DNA from: Takakia lepidozioides
Lineage: Eukaryota > Plantae > Bryophyta
Direction: 5' to 3'
DNA length: 64,000 bases
Assembly: GCA_030704615.1 (NCBI GenBank)
Contig: CM060731.1
Location: 94,426,001 to 94,490,000, forward strand
Positions within the stretch are counted from its first letter, which is position 1. Each line of letters starts with the position of its first letter. Below are positions 1-12,308 of the stretch, piece after piece. The notes beneath the pieces are model-generated. The model had not been told where the DNA came from and made no database searches. It saw nothing but the letters and a program-made list of their open reading frames with translations. A program made the translations under genes and the position numbers.

Positions 1-1100
1 GTCCTTGTACGCACATCTGAAACGTGTCACGTAGTCTTCCAATGTCTGTGTTCCATCCCATTTCACGTACAAGCCGAACAAATTTGTATGCATTATTCCA
101 TGCGACAGAGTGGAATTCGAAGAGTCCGCTGGAATACCCTGTTGCCCAGAACTCTGCCAATACTACTGTGTGTCTCCTCCAACATTGTATCCGCTACAGT
201 TTGGAATTCCTCCGGAGACATATCTGCAGGTGGCGGTAGGGGTGTTGCATTGCAGAGGCCTCCTCCGGGCCTACAGTATTCTGAAGTTCTTCCACAACGT
301 TGAAGAAGTCCTGCTTCAAACGTTGAACAGCAGCACCCTCCTCCGCTGACAGATCGATGACATCAGTCGGTCCCGTTGCCTTCACTACAGCAGACACGCC
401 CCCAACATCACATGTGTGGAAATCAAGCAGGAACTGGGCTTCAGCTCGTGGAACCGGTTTTGCGGAAGACTGCTCCGCCCTCCCTCTGATTGCCTTCTAC
501 TTCTTATTCTTTGCAAGTGAAGGTGTCTGCTGCATTTGAATGTGCACTGCCCCCTTCTGCTTCATTCTCTTGGGGGGGGGGGGGGGGGGGGCGGCCTGGT
601 CCGGTTCAGAAACCTGTTCAAGCACGGGCTGCTTCTTCTTCGTCTTTATTGGAGAAGGGGCCGACCCCTGCTGGCGATTCTCCATGAGTTTCAAACGTGA
701 GTCTTTCTCTGGTGCTTTGAACTTCAAAGACTTGCCTTTTCAAGCCACGTCCTTGAAACGTACAGGGCTAAGCCTGCCAGGAAGACCCGTGCTCGTGGAT
801 CGGATGGGTGTGCGTGCTGCAGCTAGCTCCACGGATTCTTCCTGCGGCTCTTCAAATTCATGCGATCCCTCCACCACCTCCACCTTTCGAGTTAGGCATG
901 CAAACATCTTCTGCATTCAAGTGTCCTATCATACAATCTAAAAATTGCACAACGAAAAGGAGGGAGGGTTTCGGTGCTCGATCAGCTGCGCGCATCCCGA
1001 TAGCATGGAGCTCTCACTGGGGGCTGGGTTGCCTGCGTTGCCGGCTGCTGCATGATGATCATCTCCTCTTGAAGAGCATCTGCTTCCTCCCCTTCGGCAT
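1..1100 (-). pseudogene. Internally deleted 5' part of the ParB-MTase fusion gene (ParB core missing)
   Basis: Start MPKGRKQM at 1100 as in copy B (24244). Sequence homologous to copy B 21810-23216, including the DGNHRL region, is absent at the junction near position 96. Frameshifts are present, for example near the G-run at ~572-591. Confidence 0.75.
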
Positions 1101-1428
1101 TGGCCTTGGTCCGAAGTACAACTTGCGGAGCTTGCGATGACGTCTCTTCTCTCGTGCATGAATTTTCTCCCTCTCGGGTTGGAGCATAAGAAGAACAGAG
1201 ACATAGAAAAGGGGCGAAGAGTGCAGATGGAAAGGGCGCGAGAGGGGTGAATGAGCAACCATGACAAAAGAACATAAAACCGCGGGGATGCACCGTTTGG
1301 GTTCGAAAGGCTGGGCTGGAAATGTCTCCTCGTGGACTATGTGTCATTAGGAAATTCAAATCATTAAAGGTACGCTTGCAGTCTGCCGGACAAACATCAT
1401 TATCCAACAGGCCGCGTCGCCTCCTGCC

Positions 1429-2145
1429 TCGCGCACCTCCCTTCGGTAAGCTCCCCTTCACGTCATAGTCACTCGCTTTGATGCGCGTACTCCCAACCTG
1501 GCCGCCGAGCCAACTTGGAGCTTCGGCTGCTCACCGGGACATAACGTTCCCCCTTCGCTTCCCACTAAACCCTCCACCTATTTGGGACAAGTGGAATTCC
1601 CTTTGGTAGATGGCAGTCAAACTGCTCCCCACTCTTTGGTCGCTTTCTGGCTCGCTCGCTTACTCACTAGTTTTTGGTCACCAACGGGCTTGCACCGTTC
1701 TCGGGGTTACTACTCCCTATATATACTTCTGTAGCTGCCCGCGGGGGTTTCATAACCAGCCATGCCATTTTATGGCGAACCACCACGAAAACCCTCGACT
1801 CCCGGTGATGAGTCGCGGTGAGTCTTGGCCCACTCACCAGGGCCCCTATGGACCGTGATGAGTCCCAAGACTCCCCACGACTCCCACCACGAGGTCTCCG
1901 CCCCCATGGTGAGTCCTATGCCACCCCCACTAAGTCCCGCTAAGCTACCACCACCCCTTGTGGAGCCACCCCCACCGCAACCCGGTGTGCGGGGCTCCAC
2001 CTAGTGAGCGCCTCCGCCTCCTTGAGTGCCTTGGGCACTCAAGGGTGTTTCAGCCCCCCCATACCTATCGCTGCCGCTGCCCCCACCACAGGGGCAGCCC
2101 CTCATGTGTCCCGACCCCCTGCCCTCAAGGCAAAGGGCCGCGACA
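1429..2145 (-). mobile_element. Solo LTR of the chromovirus Ty3/Gypsy family, inserted in copy A
   Basis: Reverse complement of the LTR at 9531-10253, ending ...GGCCGCGACA at 2145. Flanks TGCC (1425-1428) and TGCCA (2146-2150) look like a damaged TSD. The left flank and the first bases of the right flank match the uninterrupted site in copy B near 24570. Confidence 0.85.
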
Positions 2146-2213
2146 TGCCACTTCAGCTAGCACGTTCAGTTGCATCCAGAACGGAAATGAGGTTTCATGC
2201 CTGAGATGCAAAA

Positions 2214-3333
2214 CGGAAATGCGGCGCCGCATTTCCGTTCCACTGTTTCATGACTTTCATCCAGAACGGAAATGCAGTGCTGCATTTCTGTTCCACTGTT
2301 GCATGCTTTACATGTTGGACAGAAATGCGGCGCCGCATTTCAGTTCTGGAAATTCGAAAGGTACACCTCGGACGGAAATGTGGCACCGCATTTTCGTTCG
2401 ACTGTTACATACCTTACTTATTGGTCGGAAATGCGGTGCTGCATTTCCGTTGCACTGTTTGATTACTTACATGCACAACGGAAATGTCGTGCCGCATTTC
2501 CGTTCCGTCCAACTGTTACATACCTTAATAGTTGGTGAGAAATGCTGCTCCGCATTTCCGTCCAGTAAAGTACAAAGGTAAACTGCGGATGGAAATGCGG
2601 TGCCGCATTTCCGTCCAACTGTTACATGCCTTAATAGTTGGTCGGAAATGTTGCTCCGCATTTCTATCCAGTAAAATACAAAGGTACACCGCGGACGGAA
2701 ATGCGGTGTCGCATTTCCGATCCATAGTCACAGGGTTTACATGTTGGACGGAAATGTGGTGCCGCATTTCCGTCCAAATGTTACATGCCTTACTTGTAGG
2801 ATGGAAATGTGGCACATCAGTTCTTGTTGTGCCTGAGTTCTTGTTGTTCTCTATGTGTTGTCGTCCTTGTCCGCCTGAAGTCTGCAAGGTTTTCAATCAA
2901 ACTTACGTCCAGTTCACCGTAAACATGTGATATCTTACTCTCTTACTATTTCTTACTGTCTTACTGTTTCACAATTTCGAAACATCGGGGACGGAATGCG
3001 GCACCGCATTTCTGTCCTCTGCATTCATTAGTAAGAGCCTGGACAGAAATGTGGTACCGTATTTCCGTTCCTTCCTATCGAAGGTGTCCCAGTTGACGGA
3101 AATGCGGTGTCGCTTTTCTGTTCCACCGTGTCTTCCTTGTCCCATTCGACCGAAATGCAATACTGCATTTCCGTTCCACCATGTGCCTGCTGGTACAGTG
3201 GACGGAAATGCGGTACCGCATTTCAGTTCCAGCACTAGTTTGGTTTTCCCCGCTGACGGAAATGCGGTGCCGCATTTCCAATCACAATCAGCGAGAGCAC
3301 GATGTCGAACGGGAATGCGGCGGCGCATTTCCG
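2214..3333. repeat. Array of 24-bp palindromes (CGGAAATGCGGYRCCGCATTTCCG), 19 units, mostly 53-bp period
   Basis: Unit starts at 2214, 2267, 2320, 2373, 2426, 2479, 2537, 2590, 2643, 2696, 2749, 2802, 2991, 3044, 3097, 3150, 3203, 3257, 3310. Confidence 0.95.
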
Positions 3334-3863
3334 TTCCCTCATGTGCACTTGGATGCATGGTTCCGAAACAACACAATTGCGGCCTGTCTTTATGAGCACA
3401 ACTTGGTTGTCAAACCGTTTTAACTAACAGTCCTGGCACTTGTCAGTGCGAACGTTCATATCTGTACGAGAATATTGCGGGATCCACCCTTAGGAAAAAC
3501 TGTCAGGAGATGTTATTTCCTCGCCGAAATGGCCATCATTATCATACATACAGGATATGGAATTGGAGCTCCCACCTTCATGCATGTATCTTGAAACATT
3601 CTTCTCCACTTCAATGTGCGGCTTGCAATCGTCGATGGCCTCCGCAGTTCCAATGAGGTTGTGCATGTGAGCCTTGGTCTGTCACTATAGGGAACCTCGC
3701 ACTTGCCAACTTCGTGCAGTGTTCGATGGCTCCCAATTCGTACGCTATAGTTTGCTGTCCTCCGCAACTTGGGAGAGCCAGGATCCCAAACGAGGGAGGA
3801 CTTTGCAGAATGACTGAAACTTACCTTTGTTCCTAATTCAAGCTCAAACCGGGCACAGTTTAC

Positions 3864-4970
3864 TTGGAAGAAGAAATGAAGGATGTTCCTGGACTGGTTG
3901 ATGCGACCATTATCGTGCTAGGTAACGACGGAGGTTGCGGAATCGAGTGGCACGTACCCCCATCAGACACCATCTTGTACCGCGTTGTGGGAATGCCCAT
4001 TCCCTTTCCGAATCAGTCGCTTCCCACACCATCCACAAAGGAGTCGGGAAACCGACAGGCGGCCACTGCCAACAGAGAGGTATGCAACGATAATCATTCC
4101 CGACCTGGACCATCAAGACCCTCCATAGCTTCTCGTGTGGAGGTATCCGACATTTCTGACGAGGAAGATGAGTGCAATGAGGTCTCCATGTCCTCCACAC
4201 GGTCGTTCAAATCCGACATGGACGTCTCTTTAGGTGCAACGCATGTACCCCCGAGTATAACTCCATCCCGCTCCATTGTGCAGCTCCTACGGCAACATCA
4301 CCTCAATGGTTCTCGCTCCGAGCTGGCTGCTCTCGACTATGCCAAATTTCCTGTCAGGAAGGTAACGTATCTGCCTCCCGAAGTTGATGGTAATGTGATC
4401 TTCGAGTTTGCACCTGTTACTTCGTCAAACAAAGCCTCGGGGATGTTAAAAGACATGGATCGAAAGCATGACGGACACCCCTGGTGTGTGACGAAGACCA
4501 GTAGCACGAAAATTGCTGATGGTGTTCGTATACGATACGTCCTCTGTGCGGGGAAGCTGAGGTGCCTCAATCCCGCCTGCTTCCACTTTCTCTCCAAATG
4601 AGGGCGGAGAAACAAGATGGATTGGACTGGCACAACCCATCATCCATTCATTGTCTCCAGCCAGGCTCCAGCAAGTACTTTCAAGTGCGCACATTGCAAA
4701 GAACCACCGACATGCATGTCCATGTGCAGAGCCAAGCAATATTATGTAATCCATTTGCTCCCGGACTTGACTAGAGCTTGCATACACGTTGGGGTCCACT
4801 GCCACCCCTTGGCGAGAGGCAACATGCGGGAGGCTGTGCAGGAAGCACACGACATCATAAAAGAGGACGTGAAATTGAGCCCCGGAGCCAGACCAAAGCA
4901 GATTCAGCTCAAGGCAGCCCACAAGATTGCTCTTGGTAAAATCATGTCTGAAGATGGTTCAGACCGAGTG
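3864..4970 (+). pseudogene. N-terminal part of a GCM1/WRKY-type zinc-finger (Mutator-like) transposase
   Basis: ORFs 3864-4601 and 4617-4991 share a frame and are separated by one TGA. Pattern DGHPW..T....RYVLCAGKLRC.NPAC...CAHC.EP..C...C.AK.YYV.....RACIHVGVHCHP fits a GCM1-like Zn-binding domain. Truncated by the LTR at 4971. Confidence 0.65.
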
Positions 4971-5359
4971 TGTCGCGGCCCTTTGCCTTGAGGGCGGGGG
5001 GTCGGGACACAAGAGGGGCTGCCCCTATGGTGGGGGCAGTGGCAACAATAGGAACAACCTCAATGCCAACTTTTGGGTGAGTGTACTAGGATTGTCGTGT
5101 CCGTGTACCAAGCATGTGCACCAGGCTAAGTCCTGGCGGGAGAGAGTAAAGCAGGTTCTCAAGGGACTGCATCTTTCCCCGCAAGCCTTCACCCTGCTGC
5201 ATAGATCTTTCTTGGAGGCTCTGCTGTCCAAAGCCATGTCTGATGGCAGAAAATAGTCTGATGACAATGAAGTTTACGGGAAACTTCCTGAACTTGTTTC
5301 CAGTCTGTGACATGGAGGAGGACATGGATGACCTTGGGGGTCTACCCACTCTCCGCACT

Positions 5360-8300
5360 ACATCCAGGCTTTCAATGTGCTTTTGCTCGAAGTCGCGGAC
5401 ATGGCAGAACCGGAAATGGTCTTCAACTTTGTGGCGGGATTGGCCCCATGGGCTAGGCGGAAGTTGGAGGAGAAGCCACCTAAGACTTTGAACGAGGCAA
5501 TTGAGAGGGCTGGATGTTTCTCGGATGTCCCTAGGGGTGAAAGACAAGGCCGTACGGAGCTGAACCACAAGAACACCCGGCGGGAAGGTGACTCCTTCCG
5601 ACCGGAAAAGAAGTGGGATAGGCCATGCGGCGACAATGGCGCGTGGAAATCGAAGGGAGGGCCATCACAAGTCAAGGCGGCACCCGGTGCTTTGAAAGGA
5701 AAAGCGGGTGGAGCGGCCTATGAGGAGGCACACGAGCCCCAGTTTTTGCTCTACATTAGAGAAGTGAAGGGAGAAGGCGATGGGGAGCCGAGCCCAGATT
5801 GGATCAAGGGGATTTTGGAGAAATACCAGGATGTGATGCCGGAGGATTTACCAAGCGGTTTGCCACCGCAAAGAGGAGTTGACCACAAGATTGAGGTGAT
5901 ACCGGGATCGGAACCGCCTGCCAAGGCGCCCTACCGGTTGAGCCATAGAGAGTTGGTCAAGCTGAAAACTCAGCTCAAAGATCTAATGTCAAAGGGGTAC
6001 ATCCGGCCGAGTAAGTCACCTTACGGAGCCCCGGTGCTATTTGCAGATAAAAAGGATGGGACGCTGCAGATGTGTGTCGATTACAGGGCTCTGAATAAGG
6101 TGACTATCAAAAACCGGTACCCTTTGCCAAGGATCAACGACCTCTTCGATCGGTTGGCCGGAGCGAAGTATTTCAGCCGGATCGACTGGCGCTCCGGCTA
6201 TCATCAAATTCGGGTGGCGGAAGGAGATGAGGAAAAGACCACGTGCAGGACAAGGTATGGTTCATATGAGTTCTTGGTGATGCCTTTTGGGCTCACCAAT
6301 GCACCAGCGACATTTAGCACGCTGATGAACAGCCTTTTTCAGGAGCGGTTGGATGACTTTGTGATCGTGTACATCGACGACATCTTGGTGTACTCGAAAA
6401 CAAAGGAGGAGCACCTGGAGAAGGGTGTTCCAAAAATTGCGAGAAAGGAAGTTGTATGCCAAAGCTTCAAAGTGCGAATTCGGGGTCACAAAAGTGGAGT
6501 TCCTGGGGCATGTGATTACACAGGATGGGATCAGAATGGATGACAGGAAGGTGAGGGCAATCTTGGACTGGGAGCCTCCGACTTCGGTCCCGGGAGTGCG
6601 ATCCTTCCTAGGACTCGCCTCCTATTACCGAAAGTATGTGAGAAATTTCGCCAAGATCGCGGGGCTGCTGTCAGACCTTCTGTGTAAATCCAAAGTCTGG
6701 GCATGGAACACCTTTTGTGGCCAAGCTTTTGCTGAATTGAAGCAGCGGATGGCGGAAGCTCCAGTCTTGAAAATCCCGGAGTTCGATCATCCGTTCGAGA
6801 TACATACAGATGCGTCAAACTTCGCGATTGGGGGTGTACTGATGCAAGATGGACGTCCAGTGGCTTACGAAAGTAAGAAACTGAATGAAGTGGAGCGACG
6901 GTGGCCGACGCACGAGAAAGAGATGAAGGCAGTGGTGCACTGTCTTGAGCTTTGGCGCCACTATGTTGGTTCCAACCCAGTGAAGGTGTTCACGGACAAT
7001 GTCACGGTGAAGTATTTTGCCACACAGCCCAAGTTGTCCCCAAAACAACTTAGGCGGCAAGATACTTTGGCGGTGTTCGACGTGGATATCCAGTACAAAC
7101 CGGGACGAGACAATGTGGTGGCCGATGCTTTAAGTAGAAAGCAGCAGCTACAAGGGCGAGACGGCGCTCCAAAGGAAGATCCGGAAGGCTTGCCGGAAGG
7201 ATGAGCTGGCGAAGTCCGTGATGCAGGACTTGAGGATTGGGGTTAAATCGCAGTTCCACTTGCAAAATGGACTGCTCCGGTATAAGCAAAAGTGTCTCTA
7301 CGTGCCGAAGGGAGGGATCAGAGATAGCCTCTTGAGAGAATGCCATGATAGCCCGCTTGCGGGCCACGGCGGAGCCAAGCGCACTGCGGCACTCTTGAAG
7401 AAAGAGTATTTCTGGCCCAAACTGCAGGAGGAGGCAGAGGAGTATGTCAAGACATGTACCACATGCCAACAAAACCGGAGCGAGTACAAAAAGCAAGCGG
7501 GGCTGTTACAACCCTTGCCGATTCCAGAGGGGACTTGGGAAAGCGTCTCGATGGATTTCATGACTGCTATGCCACTGTCAAAAGGATTCGATGCAATCAT
7601 GGTGGTGGTGGATAGGTTCAGTAAAATGGGCCATTTCATCCCTACCAAGGAGACGGCAACGGCGCAGGAAACGGGGCGACTTTACTTCTCCCACGTCTTA
7701 AAGCATCATGGAGTCCCGAAGGATATTGTCTCGGACCGCGATCCAAAGTTTACGAGTAAATTTTGGAGGGCACTTTGGAAGAAGATGGGGACGAGGCTGA
7801 AGTTGAGCACCGCCTTCCGACCTACGACCGACGGCCAAACAGAAAGAGTGAATTCTGTAGTGAAGCAGATCTTGCGGAATTACGTGTCAGCAGACCAAAC
7901 AGACTGGATGGAACACTTAGACGCGGCAGAGTTCTGTTATAATAACACAGGACACTCCGCAACGGGAGTTTCCCCTTTCGTATTGGTCTATGGAAAAGCA
8001 CCTCTGGTGCCGACAAGTTGGGCCGCCCAGGACGTTGAGGAACCGGCAGTAGCGGCGGTACTGGAAGAATGCGAGCGTTTGTTGAAGCTCGCAAAGTACA
8101 ACATTGCCAAAGCTAGGAAACGGTATGAAAGGCAGGCGAATCGGAAGCGGAGGAAGAAGTGAAGTTTGAGGTAGGCACGGAGGTCTGGTTGAACATCAAG
8201 AATTTCCAACTACCTCCGGAAGTGAGTCCAAAGTTCGTACCTCCGTATGTGGGACCTTTTCGCATCCGGAAGGTTATGAATGAGGATGTGTATGAATTGG

Positions 8301-8626
8301 AGCTGCCGGCAAACAGCAAGGTGCATCCAGTATTCCACGTCTCCCTTTTGAAGCCTTACTTCAAAGATGAAGCGCGACCGAATCGGCATCAAGTGTTGCG
8401 TCCGCCACCTGTGCTGTTGGATCATGAAAATGAACCTGAGTACGAGGTGGAGGCAGTACTAGTACTCTAGAGGAGGTTCAAGAACCGAGAAACGGAGTAT
8501 CTCGTCAAATGGAAGGGCTATCATCATGTGGAGGCATCTTGGGTGCGTGCCTCAGAAATGGGAAACGCATCCGAGGCGGTTTAGTTAGTTTTCGAAGGGC
8601 GACCTCAAAAGCGGAAGAAGCGCTGA
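5360..8626 (+). pseudogene. Gag-pol remnant: gag fragment, RT, RNase H, integrase and chromodomain, with frameshifts
   Basis: ORFs 5377-6543, 6425-7204, 7218-8162 and 8159-8470. Chromodomain EYEVEAVL..RRFKNRETEYLVKWKGY....ASW at ~8437-8625. Confidence 0.93.
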
Positions 8627-9530
8627 TGGGGACATCAACCTTGGAGCGTGGGGGAGGAATGCATGCTTAGCCCGGCTTAGCTAGCTCAGGAATCGATTGC
8701 AAAAACTTGTATTGTACAAAAATTTGTTATAAAGGAAATGGGTTCCAAATGTTGTGCGTCCTATTTTGTTTGGAATGGTGATGCATGGTGTGGTTGGCTA
8801 GTGTGTAGAAAGCATGCTAGCTTACAAAAGTGGGAGAGGTAAATTGGGTTAATCGTGTGTTTGCGCAGTGCCGAAATCGGGTGACTCCCATCCAAGGGGC
8901 AAGGAAACATGCGCCTTCTTTGGGAGTTCACGTGCTAGTGCGCACCTGGCGCGTGCGCGTACTATAACTGCGCTACCGAGGTGGTTGCCTTGTAGTGGAG
9001 GCTAACGCGGAAGCTACGTGCTTCCGTTCATGTACTATAATAGTGTAGCCTCGGGACGAAGTCGTAGTGCGGCTTCGACGTGTTCCCGTACCTCAGGCCA
9101 GTATTCCAAGACGGACCCAATTGTAGTGATTGGGGCGCACGGTTGGTTCAAGGATATCTTCCTAGTCAAAGGGGTTCGAGGTGAACCCTTGCGCAAGGTG
9201 ATGCCAAAGGCGGCATCATGAGCGATCGTAAGCAATGTGTTGCAGTAAGGCGATTCGATCCTCGGGGAGGATCGTTCCTTGGCCTTGAAGTAGGCCAAGA
9301 AGAGTGCACTGGGAGGAGCTGAGAGGCTCCACCCCTGGCCGGGACTTGGAGGAAGTCGGCCGAACTAGCTAGTGGAGAGTAGAGTAGAGTCAAGTGGGGT
9401 TTGGTTCTTTGCCATGGGACGCCATGGTACGGAAACAAACTCCTGGATGTGGGACACCACAACTTGGATGTTCGTTTCTATAAAATGGACAAGTCGATGA
9501 GGACATCGACTCCCTGTTGGTAGGGGTGTG

Positions 9531-10253
9531 TGTCGCGGCCCTTTGCCTGAGGGCAGGGGGTCGGGACACATGAGAGGCTGCCCCTGTGGTGGGGGCAGTG
9601 GCAGCGATAGGTACAGGGGGCTGAAGCACCCTTGAGTGCCCAAGGCACTCAAGGAGGCGGAGGTGCTCACTAGGTGGAGCCCCGCACACCAGGATGCAGT
9701 GGGGGGGCTTCACAAAGGGGTGGTGGTAGCTTAGCGGGACTTAGTGGGGTGGCATAGGACTCACCTTGGGGCGGAGACCTCGTGGTGGGAGTCGTGGGGA
9801 GTCTTGGGACTCATCACGGTCCATAGGGACCGTGGTGGGTGGGCCAAGACTCACCGCGACTCATCACCGGGAGTCGAGGGTTTTCGTGGTGGTTCGCCAT
9901 AAAATGGCATGGTTGTTTGTGAAACCCCCGCGGACAGCTACAGAAGTATATATAGGGAGTAGTAACCCGAGAACGGTGCAAGCCCGTTGGTGACCAAAAA
10001 CTAGTGAGTAAGCGAGCGAGCCGGAAAGCGACCAAAGAGTGGGGAGCTGTTCCGGACTGCCAACTACCAAAGGGAATTCCCGCTGGGCCCAAATCGGTGG
10101 AGGGTTCTTTGGGAGATCAAAGGGGGACCAATATGCCCCGGTGAGCAGCCGAAGCTCCAAGTTGGCCCAGCGGCCAGGTTGGGAGTTAGGCGCGCGCATC
10201 AAAGCGAGTAACTATGACTTCAAGGGGAGCTTACCGAAGTGAGGTGCGCGACA
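9531..10253 (+). repeat. Full LTR (723 bp) with TGTCGCG...CGCGACA inverted ends
   Basis: 7-bp terminal inverted repeat and G-rich tract immediately upstream. Other copies at 1429-2145 (minus), 4971-~5053 and 26805-~27200. Confidence 0.92.
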
Positions 10254-10759
10254 CGATTAATCCCACTTTTGTAAGCTAGCTTCTACACACTAGCCAACCA
10301 TACCGCGCATCACCGTTCCAAACAAAATAGGACACACAACATTTGGAAACCATTTCATTTATAACAAAATTTGTACAACACAAGTTTTTGCAATCGGATT
10401 CCTAAGCTAGCTAAGCCGGGCTAAGCATGCATTTCCTCCCCCATGATCCAAGGTTGATGTCCCCATCAATGCTTCTTCCGTTTTTGAGGTTGCCCTTCGA
10501 CAGCTGCAACCGCCTCGGATGCGTTTCCCATTTCTGAGGCACGCACCCAAGTTGCCTCCACTTGATGAGAGCCCTTCCATTTCACGAGATACTCCATTTC
10601 TCGATTCTTGAACCTCCTTGACCTAAGCACTGCCTCCACCTCGTACTCAGGTTCATTTTCATGATCCAACAGCACAGGTGGTGGACGCAACACTTGATGC
10701 CGATTCGGATGCGCTTCATCTTTGAAGTAAGGCTTCAAAAGGGAGACGTGGAATACCGG
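10254..10759 (-). mobile_element. Inverted fragment of the same Gypsy family (integrase end, chromodomain, start of 3' UTR)
   Basis: Reverse complement of ~8328-8855. ORF 10466-10738 encodes an open chromodomain EYEVEAVLRSRRFKNREMEYLVKWKG. Confidence 0.92.
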
Positions 10760-11129
10760 GGGGCTGTTATTTCATGAGCGGCATGAGCATGAGCGGGAAA
10801 AAAAAAAGCATGAGCGGACCATTGTGTGTCCACGGAAATAGGGTTAGGAGGCACGGAAATAGGGTAATATGAAGTTGGAATTTGGCACCAGTTACTCGTC
10901 ATAGCAATGAATGCAACATTTTATTGCGAATTTTGTGGCAAACCACATCTATACAAGTGTGTCCTAACTGTCACAGCCGGAATGGGCACTACTCTCCTAC
11001 ACCCTCCGAGGAACTTGCCCCACCTTCCTCCTCATCCCCCTCATCCCCCCCATCCTCTGAGTTATGAGATGCATCAGTTCCACTATGCCTCTCAAAAATA
11101 CCGTCGTCTCCTTCCTTGGGGGACTGTCC

Positions 11130-12120
11130 ACCTCACCTCCTGGGAATCTTCTGCCTCTTCTCCCCCCTTTCCTCAGCAGAATCCAAGACAAATCTACGAG
11201 CCTGACGGGCTCTAATAGCTGCTACCCTCCTCCCTCATCTTCATTTTCTGAGGTTTGCCTCGTCTAAAATTGTTACTCGACTAGGGTCGGAAGACCTCCT
11301 AATGGACACCGAAGCAAGCCGGGCAGCATAAGTAGGAAGGATGTAGTCCCTTTCTGGACTCGGCATGAAATCCCCCCTGGCAAAAAAAAAGGCGCGTTCC
11401 TCCTGCCCATAAACTGCGGTGTAGACGTCCCTCCTGCAGTACTTGGCATCCTACAGTAAGAACAAATCCACTTCAAGAATGTCAATACCAGCAGAAGCAC
11501 AAAGGGTCTTTCAATGAAATAAGAGAGCAAAGGTAGGTGCCTCACGAAATCAGGAGGCAACTTACAATGCGACCACTCACTCATAAACCGGGGGCTCCTC
11601 GCGCGTCGATCCCAACTTGTACCCCCCTGCTCTTTGTCGGATTCTTCCTCATCCTCCGAGGATGCCTCTTCCTCTTTCGGCGAACGTTCAGCCGCTGCAA
11701 GTTCGGAGTTGTGGAGGTCAGTATTTGGCTCGAAGGCGAAGACATGCCTGTCGGACAACGTCCCTGCCCACATTGAAGCACCTGATGGACAAAGCGGGCA
11801 GTTAGTAGCATGCGGCATGCAATTGCAATCGGGCTAGGGGACAAACTGTGCACGTGAAGGCTTACCCGTGCCGCATGTGAGGTCAAGAATCCGCCCCTTG
11901 GAATCTGAGCACGTCTCCATGAGGGTTTGGATGAAAGCAGGGCTCCGGGTCCGGCTGTACCGCCACGGTTTGCATGTCTTTGTGTCCTTCGGCATACTGG
12001 AGTGGGGCACATAGTTGTAGAGGACATCGTAGGTAACAGGGTCCACATCGGCATCAACAAGACGACCGTCGTTGCGGAATTTGAACGTAGACCCTCTCTT
12101 CACAAAACAATATGCCTTAA
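11130..12120 (-). pseudogene. C-terminal exons of the amino-MTase-like gene (homologous to exons 8-10 of copy B)
   Basis: AYCFVK...DPVTYDVLYN...RYSRTRSPAFIQTLMETCSDSKGRILDLTCGT G/G ASMWAGTLSDRHVFAFE. GT-AG intron 11782-11865 sits at the same position as in copy B. The downstream RRNAPFF...DFMPSPERDY.LP.YAA block is conserved. Confidence 0.8.
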
Positions 12121-12308
12121 ACAACGTCAAGTGTTGTAAAGAAATCAGACGAGGGAGCAATGGTCAGTTGGCTAGCATGGTGGCATTATCGTTTCCTCCA
12201 GTTCGGCGACTATATGCGGGAGGTGAGTTGGACGAATTCACGTCCCGTTCAATATTATGCTAGTCATTATTTGTAACTTGCTTGTAACCTCAACATGTGC
12301 ATATGCAG

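Larger units (their letters stand above)
1..4970. mobile_element. Copy A of putative Mutator-like ParB-MTase DNA transposon (central part; left portion lies outside the window, right portion cut by a Gypsy insertion)
   Basis: 1-95 matches 21715-21809 and ~98-1428 matches ~23217-24573 of copy B. These are followed by the same 53-bp palindrome array and a GCM-type transposase N-terminus. Confidence 0.75.
4971..10253 (+). mobile_element. Ty3/Gypsy chromovirus (Tcn1-like), 5' LTR truncated, protease region deleted
   Basis: LTR start TGTCGCGGCC at 4971 (about 80 bp kept) and full LTR at 9531-10253. Gag remnant, RT (YIDDIL), RNase H (TDASNFAIG), integrase (HDSP..GH, CTTC, SMDF, DRD, E) and a chromodomain are present. 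Confidence 0.93.

Noticed and set aside
2214-3333. CRISPR array interpretation of the palindrome/spacer arrays (also 24677-25627)
   Set aside because: Spacers recur and resemble each other, repeats are degenerate throughout, single copies lie in spliceosomal introns, no cas genes are recognisable, and the context is eukaryotic.
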